From Dehalococcoidia bacterium (lineage in GTDB: Bacteria > Chloroflexota > Dehalococcoidia > Lucifugimonadales > UBA3495), in assembly GCA_965197565.1 (NCBI GenBank), contig CBDANK010000002.1, positions 655,095-719,094 on the forward strand: a DNA stretch of 64,000 nt, read 5' to 3'. Position 1 is the first letter of the stretch. Each line of letters starts with the position of its first letter. Positions 9,519 through 17,037 of this stretch are shown here, in pieces. The notes beneath the pieces are model-generated. The model did no database searches. It saw only the letters and a list, made by a program, of their open reading frames with translations, and was not told the origin of the DNA. A program made the position numbers and the translations under genes.

Positions 9519-10340
9519 CTAGACCGCCGGTTTACGGAAGGGTTCCAGCAATAACCGCACATCCGTATCGATGTCGGCGTCCACGAAGAAGGGCTCAAAG
9601 TCGGCGGCCCTAGTCCAAATGCGGGAAGTCTGGATCAGGGCCGCCCGCTCAACGGAGGCCGGCCACCGCAGGATATAAACGTCGGTGTTGTCGGCGTGAG
9701 CAGCCCCGGTGGTGCCGTTGACGGCTCTGCTTACAGCCAGGTTGTTGCCGGAAATATTGGTGATGAGCATTTGCTCGTCGCCGATCAGTACGGTCTGGGC
9801 GATGGCGAATTGGGTTCCGTCGACGACGGCCACAGTGGTCTTGGCGGCGGTCATAGACGCGTCGTTCAGGTCGGCGCCGCTGTCCTCTTTGAACTGTCGA
9901 TAGCCCCAGACGCCGGCAACCTGAAAGCGCTGTTCGCCGGTGCTGAAAGCGTCCTTGGTCCCGTGGTGACGCACTCTGATGCTGGAGTATGGTTGGCCCC
10001 AATGCCGGGTTGGCTCAGCGTTGTAAGGTTCCAACCAATAATCGTTGGCTGCCCATGTATCGTCAAAGGTCTTATCGTCGCTGGCATCCTCTTTTAACGA
10101 CGTAAGAGAAATCAGGTCCGGAATGAGCAACCTGGAGGAGCCGCTGCCGTCGAACCGCAGGGTCTGAGTCCTGGGGTAGAAGTGGCGACTACAGTAGTGA
10201 TCGACCCAATCGGAAACAGCCAATAGCAACTGAAACATCTCGTCGTCGTCACCGGCCCCGGCGGCCGGGTCCTTGAGCAGGCTGTCGTCTTTTAGCTTGG
10301 TCAGGTCCCCGTAAAGGGACCGATAGGCTTCACGGGCCAT
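9519..10340 (-). CDS. phage head-tail connector-like protein (gp6-like N-terminal region plus extension)
   Basis: Last gene of the head-gene string. The N-terminal ~100 aa (LLLAVSDWVDHYCSRHFYPRT) resemble gp6-like connector/DNA-packaging proteins. The C-terminal 170 aa are unassigned. Confidence 0.45.
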   Translation of the reverse strand: MAREAYRSLYGDLTKLKDDSLLKDPAAGAGDDDEMFQLLLAVSDWVDHYCSRHFYPRTQTLRFDGSGSSRLLIPDLISLTSLKEDASDDKTFDDTWAANDYWLEPYNAEPTRHWGQPYSSIRVRHHGTKDAFSTGEQRFQVAGVWGYRQFKEDSGADLNDASMTAAKTTVAVVDGTQFAIAQTVLIGDEQMLITNISGNNLAVSRAVNGTTGAAHADNTDVYILRWPASVERAALIQTSRIWTRAADFEPFFVDADIDTDVRLLLEPFRKPAV

Positions 10341-10379
10341 TTACACCATCCTAGCCTTCCCCTCCGAAATGGGAAGGGA

Positions 10380-10802
10380 TTAGCTTTCTTCGATGTACTC
10401 GATAAGGATCTTGTGGGCAACAGTGGGCGCGGTCCCCCGCCACCGGCCGCTAAGCACTTCATCCCGTTTGCCCCTGGGGCCTTCCCGTCTCGGGAATACC
10501 CTCGTGGCGGCGCTGCCGGCATCGGGAACCGCCAGGATATCGATGGCCCGGTTGGGCGCGGTGATAATGTTGCCGGCGTCTCCGAAAAACAACTCCCAGA
10601 GGCGGCGGCCGTCCTTCGACTCTTGGAGCACCTTGGCCCTCACGAACCGAAGACGGCGTCCCGGAGACGGCGCCAGCAGCTCTTGACGGTCGACGGTGGC
10701 GCCAGCCTGGATAACTTTGGTCCGAAGGTTATAGGGACGGCGGCGCAGCCGGGCGCGGTAAGCGCGCCGGACCCGGTCGCCAAGCTTCAGGCTGGCCGGC
10801 AC
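10380..10802 (-). CDS. head-module protein of unknown function, tandem paralog 1
   Basis: 140 aa with a GTG start directly after the TAA of the upstream paralog. The C-terminal 100 aa are ~55-60% identical to 10803..11225 (DGRRLWEL.FG, EGPRG.RDEVLSGRW, AHKI..EY.EES). Confidence 0.6.
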   Translation of the reverse strand: MPASLKLGDRVRRAYRARLRRRPYNLRTKVIQAGATVDRQELLAPSPGRRLRFVRAKVLQESKDGRRLWELFFGDAGNIITAPNRAIDILAVPDAGSAATRVFPRREGPRGKRDEVLSGRWRGTAPTVAHKILIEYIEES

Positions 10803-11225
10803 TTACGACTCCTCGACGTATTCGACGATGATTTTATGTGCCGTCCTTGGCGCCGCGCCCAGCCACCGCCCGCTTAACACCTCGTCCCGGAGGCCCCGGG
10901 GCCCCTCGTCTTTGAGGAAAGTCCTAGTGCTGGTTTCGCCCAGGTTTGGCACGTCAAGGATGTCCACGGCCTTATCGGGGTTGACCGTAATGTCCGAGCC
11001 GGTGCCGAAGTACAACTCCCACAAGCGGCGGCCGTCGGACTGTTCTTGGATCAACCGCGTTTTGAGCAAGCGGACCCGCCTACCCTTGGACGGCGTTACC
11101 AGCGTTTCCCTGGCCCCGGAAGTATTGGAGTCATGGGCGTTGACCAGGGCCGCGTAGAGCCTGGGCTGTACGCTCGCTTTGTGATTCCTGGAGGCTCTAT
11201 CGGAAGCTCCACGGCTGCTGGTCAT
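10803..11225 (-). CDS. head-module protein of unknown function, tandem paralog 2
   Basis: 140 aa; see paralog 1. Its start overlaps the stop of the upstream 61-aa ORF by 4 nt. Confidence 0.6.
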   Translation of the reverse strand: MTSSRGASDRASRNHKASVQPRLYAALVNAHDSNTSGARETLVTPSKGRRVRLLKTRLIQEQSDGRRLWELYFGTGSDITVNPDKAVDILDVPNLGETSTRTFLKDEGPRGLRDEVLSGRWLGAAPRTAHKIIVEYVEES

Positions 11226-11407
11226 TTGAGCAGCCTGCCGACGCTGGCGCCGCCGAGGCCGGCGATGGCGGCCAGAGACACCGTGAGAGCGGTGCCGTTA
11301 ACTCCCTGGCTTAAGGCATAGCCTTCCAAGCCGGCAATGACGATTATGGTAAGGCCGGCGACGGCGGCGTATGCCCTGGTCATCCTGTATCCGCTGAATG
11401 AGGTCAT
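11222..11407 (-). CDS. small hydrophobic protein (2 predicted TM helices)
   Basis: 61-aa ORF that fits exactly between neighbours (4-nt overlap downstream). Gly/Ala-rich helices AAVAGLTIIVIAGL and SLAAIAGLGGASVG. Confidence 0.4.
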   Translation of the reverse strand: MTSFSGYRMTRAYAAVAGLTIIVIAGLEGYALSQGVNGTALTVSLAAIAGLGGASVGRLLK

Positions 11408-11426
11408 GCGGCGATCTCCTGGGCCG

Positions 11427-11699
11427 TTAAAGGCTCCCTATAAAGTCCACTTGGTCGTTGTTGTTGGCCGCGTCAGCCCAGAACTGGGAAGTGGAGACTC
11501 CATCGGCCAACTGGAGCTGGATGGATTCGCCGGGGATTAGAGTCATGCCGTCGGCGGACGACACGTCGTCACCACCCAAGTACAGGTCCCCGGTATTATC
11601 GGCGCGGGCCTTGAAGACGGCTGTCTTGAAGTTTCCCTTGTGAGCGGCTTGGACGCGGGTCCCGGCCGCAGCGATCTTTATGGTTGCAGAGATAATCAA
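11427..11699 (-). CDS. small head-module protein, function unknown
   Basis: TTG start at 11699 preceded by AAGGAG (minus strand ggagcgaAGGAGacttaggTTG); 90 aa. The 171-aa version in the ORF track overlaps the capsid gene and is rejected. Confidence 0.45.
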   Translation of the reverse strand: MIISATIKIAAAGTRVQAAHKGNFKTAVFKARADNTGDLYLGGDDVSSADGMTLIPGESIQLQLADGVSTSQFWADAANNNDQVDFIGSL

Positions 11700-11773
11700 C
11701 CTAAGTCTCCTTCGCTCCCCCTTGAGCAGGGTGAGTTTCTTCCGGGGTATTGCCCTTTTCGGTGCGCCGATTT

Positions 11774-13108
11774 CTAGGCCGCGCCGGTGATGTTGTATTG
11801 GAGCGCGGTGTGTGTGGCGGTAGACCGGGTCCCGCTGCGCCCTTGGAGAGCGATGCGGAAACTGACGACCATGATGTTCTGCCTCTTTTGCGGGTCCCTC
11901 ACCGTCTCTATGCTGAGCTCCCGCTTGTAGCCAACCCGCCACTGGCCGCGGTTGACGATGAGAAGACGCCCGGTGTTGGTCCCGTTGCCCGCATCGGTGA
12001 CCTTTCCGTCGATGTCGGCCAGCTTCATTTGCTCGGAGACGATAACGGGTATCCCTTCCACCGCGCCAAGCTGGCCGGTCAGGAGCGTTGCTTGGGGTCC
12101 GAACTTGTCCAGAGTCCTAAAGTTGCCGACGCCGAGGGAGCGGATGAAGGTGTTGACGTCGGTTATGTAAACTACTTCCGAAGGCCGGACGCCGTATTTC
12201 CCCAGCTTGGACCGGACCTCGTTGAACATATCGTCGGACACCGCCCCGGCGTGATTGTTGGCCTGGCTGGTGTTATCCACTAAGGGTAGGTGGAGAAGGC
12301 CGTCGAACCCCAGCAGCCATTGGCCTTTGCCCGCGTCGGTGGCGGCGATGGTGGCGCCGTCGGCGTTGATGTTGTTGGTGGCCGTGGTATCGCCGTTTAG
12401 AATTACGTCATCGATAACCTCTCGGGCATTGCGCAAGAGGCTCCTGCGCAGTTCCTCCATCATGGCGATGACCGCGTCTTCATCCAGGTCGTAGGACCAG
12501 AGAACCTCGGCCACCAGTTCGTAGGCCGTAAGGGTCTGGCGGGCGGTGCTGAGGGCGGTGCTTTTGGCGGCCACGTTCTCGGTGCCGGGATACCAGTTCA
12601 CGTCGCCCAATTGAAGCGGGATTTGAAACGGGTTGCTGGGCATCTGGACCGTGTTGAACAAAGGGGCCACAGCAGTCTCCAGGTTGACATCGTCCCACAG
12701 GGCCCTAGCCTCCTGTGTGCCCACTAGCTCGTCGCCGGTGCCGGCCGTCGTTGAGTCCATAGCGGCTTTGAGGTTAACCCGCCAGTCTTCCAACATCCTG
12801 GGGTTGAGACCGGACGGATCGCGGAGTTGGGCGGTTAGCAGGCTTCGAACGCAAGCCAGGTCCAGCAAGTCCAAGCCGGTGTATTTGCCGTATGCGACCC
12901 GAGGGCGTTCTCCGACTCCAAACCGGGCCAACATGGACTGTTTCTCGCCCTCCCGCCATAAGTCTTGAATTGTTCCCAGCTGGGCTGCTATTCGTCCTAT
13001 TTCATCCTTCAGCGGCGGGAGCTCGGCGTCCAGCCGCGATTGGTAATATTCCCGAATGCCGGCCATCTCCCGCTTGATTAGCTCCAGGTCCTGTGTTGCG
13101 AGTGTCAT
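11774..13108 (-). CDS. phage major capsid protein, HK97 family
   Basis: 444 aa. N-terminal coiled-coil delta-like region follows a protease gene. The C-terminal part has a typical HK97-fold sequence pattern (LIVNRGQWRVGYKRELSIE). Confidence 0.85.
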   Translation of the reverse strand: MTLATQDLELIKREMAGIREYYQSRLDAELPPLKDEIGRIAAQLGTIQDLWREGEKQSMLARFGVGERPRVAYGKYTGLDLLDLACVRSLLTAQLRDPSGLNPRMLEDWRVNLKAAMDSTTAGTGDELVGTQEARALWDDVNLETAVAPLFNTVQMPSNPFQIPLQLGDVNWYPGTENVAAKSTALSTARQTLTAYELVAEVLWSYDLDEDAVIAMMEELRRSLLRNAREVIDDVILNGDTTATNNINADGATIAATDAGKGQWLLGFDGLLHLPLVDNTSQANNHAGAVSDDMFNEVRSKLGKYGVRPSEVVYITDVNTFIRSLGVGNFRTLDKFGPQATLLTGQLGAVEGIPVIVSEQMKLADIDGKVTDAGNGTNTGRLLIVNRGQWRVGYKRELSIETVRDPQKRQNIMVVSFRIALQGRSGTRSTATHTALQYNITGAA

Positions 13109-13270
13109 TCGTTCCTCCTTGAAAGTGCTGCCGGGATAATTTCGCTGCTATGTTGGTCAGCCTCCAGCCAAACCTCCGCTCCTTGAGGAAGTCGCCCATC
13201 CCGGAGCAGAGGTTGGAAGGTATGCCGGGGGGGGGGGCGGGAACCCGTCTGTTGGTCAAGATCCGCGGCG

Positions 13271-14038
13271 TTAGGAGCGGGCCTCCTTTAGGATTGAGAG
13301 CAATTCGCTGAAATTGGACGGCTGAGGTTGAGTGTCGCCGCCAGTTTCCAGAGAAGCCAAGGTCTGGGCTATCTCCTCGCTCAGCTTGCTCAACTCGTCA
13401 ACTTGGGCCAGCAAAGCCGGCCAAGCCGCCTCGAGAGCCGGACCCGCCGGATTAGCGCGGCGAAGGTACTCTCCGACGCGGGGGGCTTCACTCAAGGCCC
13501 TGCGCAGGGCGTTCCGATTGGCTGGCACCGGGACCGCACTGGCCTCCAGCAATTCTTGTTCCAAGAACCGGATGCCCAGGACTGCTCCGGTCTTCTCACT
13601 CCTTCGCTCCTCGTAGCGCAGGGGTTTGAATCCCACCGACACCCCCCGTTGATAGCCGGCCCCATACAGCATCGCCACCTCCTGGGCGAAGGGAGTGGGA
13701 GCGAATTCGACCCGGGCCAGCAGCCGGTGGCCGTCCGTCCAAGTTTCCTGAGCGCGGCCGATTACCGGCCGGGCGTAGTCGTGGGCCCACAAGAACACCG
13801 GATTATTGCGGTAAGCTTCCAAGTTCCAACCGTCGGCCGCGATCACGTCGCCATGCCGGTCCACCTCATCGGTGGAAAACACGAAGGAAATCCTTTGCGC
13901 CGGACCGGGTTCCTCCGGGCTGGGTCCTGCCTCGTTCCATTTCCGCAGTAGCGGCGCGTCGCCCACTCCCCGGCGGTAAGCATCCAAAGCTTCCAGCAGT
14001 CTTTCTCTGTCCCAAGAAACACCCACTTGGTCTTCCAA
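13271..14038 (-). CDS. HK97-family phage prohead protease
   Basis: FVFSTDEVDRHGDVI...NNPVFLWAHDYARPVIGRA matches the S78/U35 prohead protease pattern. TTG start behind GGAGGTGAGGA. Confidence 0.85.
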   Translation of the reverse strand: MEDQVGVSWDRERLLEALDAYRRGVGDAPLLRKWNEAGPSPEEPGPAQRISFVFSTDEVDRHGDVIAADGWNLEAYRNNPVFLWAHDYARPVIGRAQETWTDGHRLLARVEFAPTPFAQEVAMLYGAGYQRGVSVGFKPLRYEERRSEKTGAVLGIRFLEQELLEASAVPVPANRNALRRALSEAPRVGEYLRRANPAGPALEAAWPALLAQVDELSKLSEEIAQTLASLETGGDTQPQPSNFSELLSILKEARS

Positions 14039-14343
14039 TTCCTCACCTCCGGGTTTGCTGAGACCGGCCTTGGGGTCAAAATCAAAGGGACCGGCCCATG
14101 TCGGGGTCGGTCCCTTCCGGACTCCGGCTTCTGCCGGGTCTCCAAGACTTATTTAGCTTCTGGATATTGAGGTTAGACAAATGTTTCCCAGGGTGTCAAT
14201 GGCGTTTTGACACAGGGCCTAAAATCGGACATATCGGCTAAAGGCAACATTGACCTTTAATTTCTCATGTGATAGCCTAAACTATCGCGAAACCAGCGAA
14301 CAATACTTGTTTGGCCAATCAGCGAGGAGCGTGACGATATAAC

Positions 14344-14781
14344 ATGGAAATTACGGCCCTAGCCATTGAGAGACTCAAGGAAGTCCTGGACGAACAAGGT
14401 GAAACCGACGGCTCCCTGCGCGTGATAGCGATGCCGGCCGAATCCGGCGGACTTCAATATATGCTGACCATGGAAAAGGAAAGTCAGCCCGACGACACCG
14501 TGATGAACGTAGGCGGCGTCAATTTCCTGATGGACTCCGACAGTGCGCCCTTCTTGGAAGAGGCCACCATAGACTACGTGGAAAACTTTGGAGGCCGTGT
14601 CGGCTTTGTAGTGAACAACCCCATGTTTGCCACCGCCGGCGGTTGTGGTTGCGGAGGCGGCGGTTGCGGCTGTGGGGGTGGGGGCGGCGGCTGTGGTTGC
14701 GGCAGCGGAGGCGGCGGTTGCGGCTGTGGGGGTGGGGGCGGCGGCTGTGGTTGCGGCAGCGGAGGTTGCGGCGGTCACTGA
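14344..14781 (+). CDS. IscA/HesB-like domain protein with C-terminal Gly/Cys repeat tail
   Basis: Residues 1-99 have the A-type carrier layout (ITALAIERLKEVL...LRVIA...GGLQYMLTM...VNFLMDSDSAPFLEEATIDYVE) but lack the first ligand Cys. The tail is GG-CGCG-GGG-CGCG-GGGGG-CGCG-S-GGGG-CGCG-GGGGG-CGCG-SGG-C-GGH (11 Cys). Confidence 0.8.
   Translation: MEITALAIERLKEVLDEQGETDGSLRVIAMPAESGGLQYMLTMEKESQPDDTVMNVGGVNFLMDSDSAPFLEEATIDYVENFGGRVGFVVNNPMFATAGGCGCGGGGCGCGGGGGGCGCGSGGGGCGCGGGGGGCGCGSGGCGGH
14653..14760 (+). repeat. perfect 54-bp tandem duplication inside the Gly/Cys tail coding region
   Basis: 14653..14706 and 14707..14760 are identical (ggaggcggcggttgcggctgtgggggtgggggcggcggctgtggttgcggcagc). 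Confidence 0.95.
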
Positions 14782-14816
14782 AGCCCTATCGCCTTAGGCC
14801 AACAACGACTATCCGT

Positions 14817-14849
14817 AAGGCCCCAGAACATTGGGGCCTTACTCTTTTC
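14817..14849 (+). terminator. rho-independent terminator candidate
   Basis: 9-bp stem aaggcccca / tggggcctt with a 6-nt loop, followed by actcttttcc, 36 nt after the stop codon. Confidence 0.55.
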
Positions 14850-15085
14850 CCGCCCCGGACCACGCCCCATGCCCCATCCTATCTGAGGAGCCCGCCCACC
14901 GGGTTTCCCTTGACTGCTGTTGGGCGTCACACCGATAATGCAACCCGGATGGCGTCGGGGCATTCCAACGGTAAAGAGCGTAATCCCGGTCCTGCGGTGT
15001 AGTCAAGAGGCGCAGTTGCGGCTTCGGCCCGCGGGCGGGCCGTGGCGCAAAAGGGCAGTCGCAAGCGGACCCACTGGGAGAGAAT

Positions 15086-16762
15086 ATGACTCGAGTGACT
15101 GGAAGTCATTTGATCGCCAAGGCCTTGAAGCTGGAAGGCGTGTCCAACATATTCACCTTGGCCGGCGATCACATCCTGCCGGTGCTGAACGTCATGTCGG
15201 ACATGGACTTTCGCTTCATTGACACCAGGCATGAGCAAGCGGCGGTCCACATGGCCGACGCTTGGGGCCGGATCACGGGGCAACTGGGTGTTTGCATGTA
15301 CACCAGTCCCGGCTTCGCCAACGCCATTCCAGGGCTGGTCAACGCCCTGCACACCGAGGCTCCCCTTCTTTCCATTGCCGGCAGCGCCGAGCTGGCCGAG
15401 TTGGGCCGCGGCGCTATGCAGGAAACAGACCAAGTGGGTATGGCCGGACCGGTGGCCAAAGGGTCGTTCATGGTCCACGACGCCCGTCGGATACCCGACT
15501 ACATCGCCCGGGCCGTGCGCCTCGCCTTCAGCGGACGACGCGGCCCCGTCCACTTGACCATTCCTATAGATGTTCAAGAACAAGAGGTCGATGAGGACCA
15601 AGCGGTCTTTTACAACCCCAATGAATACCGGCCCTCCGAGGCGGCGCTGGCCCAACCGGAACTGGTGCGCCAAGCCATAGAGTTGTTGCGCCAGGCCAAG
15701 CGGCCCATGGCCATCGCCGGGGACGCGGCGGGATACGGGCTGTCCGGCGATGCCTTGCAGCGATTTGTGGAGACCACCCGCGTGCCTGTTTTGACCGAAG
15801 GCCAAGCCCGGGGATTGATTTCAGACGAGCATCCCCAGTCCTTCGGGTTCTTCGAAACCGGCCTTAACCGGGTCGCTAAAAAACTTCCGGATGCCGACCT
15901 GGTGCTCCTCCTGGGGCGGAAGCAAGACTACACCATCGGCTTCTGCCGGCCGCCCAACGTGGCTATAGACGCCAGGATCATTCAAGTCGACCCTTCCGCT
16001 GCCGAAATCGGCCGCAACCGGGGTGTCGCAGTGGGGATGCTTGGCGACGTCACTGCCGTGCTTCAGCAGTTGACCCAGGAGGCGGCCGCTCATTCCTGGA
16101 TCGAACAACCGTGGCTGGACGAGCTACGGGCGGTGCAAGCGGCTCAGGGCGAATGGTCTGAAGCTTTGGCGACGCCGGAGACCCCAATGCACGCGATGTT
16201 CGTCCACAAGACCATCGAGCCGTTGCTGCGCCCCGATGATTGCTTGGTGTTCGACGGCGGGGATTTTTGCCACTTCGGACGCTCCTTTCTCCCCGCCCGC
16301 TTGCCCGCCCGGTGGCACTACGTCTCGACGCTGGGTATGCTAGGCTCGGCGTTGCCCACGGCCATGGCCGCAAAATTAGCCCACCCGGACTCCCGGGTGA
16401 TTGTGTTCAGCGGCGACGGAGCATTCGGTTTCAACGGCATGGAGTTTGACACTGCGGTGCGGCACAATCTGGACATAGTAACAGTCTTGGGCAATGACGC
16501 CGCTTGGGGAATCGACCGGCAAATACAATTGGGTCTATACGGCCGTCCGGTAGCCACGGACCTCCTGCCCAGCCGCTACGACTTGGTGGCCCAGGGTCTG
16601 GGCGGTCACGGCGAGTTGGTGGAAAGGCCGGAAGACCTGAAACCCGCTTTAGAGAGGGCCTTCAGTTCTGGCCGGCCCGCCTTGTTGAACGTGGCGGTTC
16701 AGCGGGCCATAAGCCCCCGGGCCGAAGCCCTCATCGCCCGGCGTAAGGCGGCCCAAGGGTAG
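15086..16762 (+). CDS. thiamine diphosphate-dependent enzyme (acetolactate synthase / oxalyl-CoA decarboxylase-like)
   Basis: 558 aa; N-terminal PYR domain (HEQAAVHMADAWGR) and C-terminal ThDP motif GDGAFGFNGMEFDTAVRHNL. Confidence 0.85.
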   Translation: MTRVTGSHLIAKALKLEGVSNIFTLAGDHILPVLNVMSDMDFRFIDTRHEQAAVHMADAWGRITGQLGVCMYTSPGFANAIPGLVNALHTEAPLLSIAGSAELAELGRGAMQETDQVGMAGPVAKGSFMVHDARRIPDYIARAVRLAFSGRRGPVHLTIPIDVQEQEVDEDQAVFYNPNEYRPSEAALAQPELVRQAIELLRQAKRPMAIAGDAAGYGLSGDALQRFVETTRVPVLTEGQARGLISDEHPQSFGFFETGLNRVAKKLPDADLVLLLGRKQDYTIGFCRPPNVAIDARIIQVDPSAAEIGRNRGVAVGMLGDVTAVLQQLTQEAAAHSWIEQPWLDELRAVQAAQGEWSEALATPETPMHAMFVHKTIEPLLRPDDCLVFDGGDFCHFGRSFLPARLPARWHYVSTLGMLGSALPTAMAAKLAHPDSRVIVFSGDGAFGFNGMEFDTAVRHNLDIVTVLGNDAAWGIDRQIQLGLYGRPVATDLLPSRYDLVAQGLGGHGELVERPEDLKPALERAFSSGRPALLNVAVQRAISPRAEALIARRKAAQG

Positions 16763-16779
16763 GCGGTTCTTGCCGCAAA

Positions 16780-17019
16780 TTGCTTATGGACATGAAATGC
16801 GTCGTCTGCAAGCACGGAGAAACTCGGATAGGAGCAGCCACGGTGACTCTAAGCCGGGAACAACTGACCCTGGTGGTCAAGGACGTGCCAGCCCAGATAT
16901 GCGGAAACTGCAGTGAGGAATACGTGGACGCCAATACCACAGCTTGGCTTCTGCAAACCGGGGAGGCAGCCGCACAATCCGGCAGTCAGGTGGACGTGCG
17001 GCAATACATAGCCGCTTAA
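16780..17019 (+). CDS. YgiT-type zinc-finger protein (MqsA N-terminal-like)
   Basis: CVVC...36 aa...CGNC pattern with 'YVDA' following, as in YgiT-type zinc fingers. The true start is probably ATG 16786 or 16792. Confidence 0.55.
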   Translation: MLMDMKCVVCKHGETRIGAATVTLSREQLTLVVKDVPAQICGNCSEEYVDANTTAWLLQTGEAAAQSGSQVDVRQYIAA

Positions 17020-17037
17020 GAACCGAAGGAGGCTCCG

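Noticed and set aside
11427-11942. 171-aa version of the ORF downstream of the capsid gene
   Set aside because: Its first 81 codons overlap the capsid gene in another frame and are Arg/His/Pro-rich. A TTG with an AAGGAG RBS at 11699 gives a compact 90-aa gene that fits the gap.
13002-13259. 85-aa ORF spanning the protease-capsid spacer and the poly-C tract
   Set aside because: It overlaps the capsid start in a different frame, has Pro/Gly/Arg-rich composition, and has no RBS.
14039-14343. Inverted repeats at the proposed inversion breakpoints (14.04-14.34 kb versus 38.74-38.82 kb)
   Set aside because: Only an 8-nt match (ccggaagg) is shared in the required orientation. That is too short to count as evidence, so the inversion scenario rests on gene order alone.
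14620-14781. Interpreting the Gly/Cys tail as the core peptide of a RiPP (thiazole/oxazole-type) precursor with a HesB-derived leader
   Set aside because: No cyclodehydratase (YcaO), dehydrogenase, radical-SAM maturase or peptidase-domain ABC exporter is encoded nearby. CGCG is already the native ligand motif of A-type carriers, so simple motif amplification is the more economical reading. It is kept only as a remark in the finding.
14927-15805. 292-aa minus-strand ORF, and similar long antisense ORFs at 36246..37073, 37840..38580, 50605..51372, 55678..56418, 61371..62192, 25223..25750 and 29945..30589
   Set aside because: Each lies entirely opposite a well-supported gene (ThDP enzyme, TerL, portal, fusion protein, nitroreductase, crotonase, queC/queE, transposase). 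Each has the Arg/Gly/Pro/His-rich composition typical of antisense frames in GC-rich DNA.
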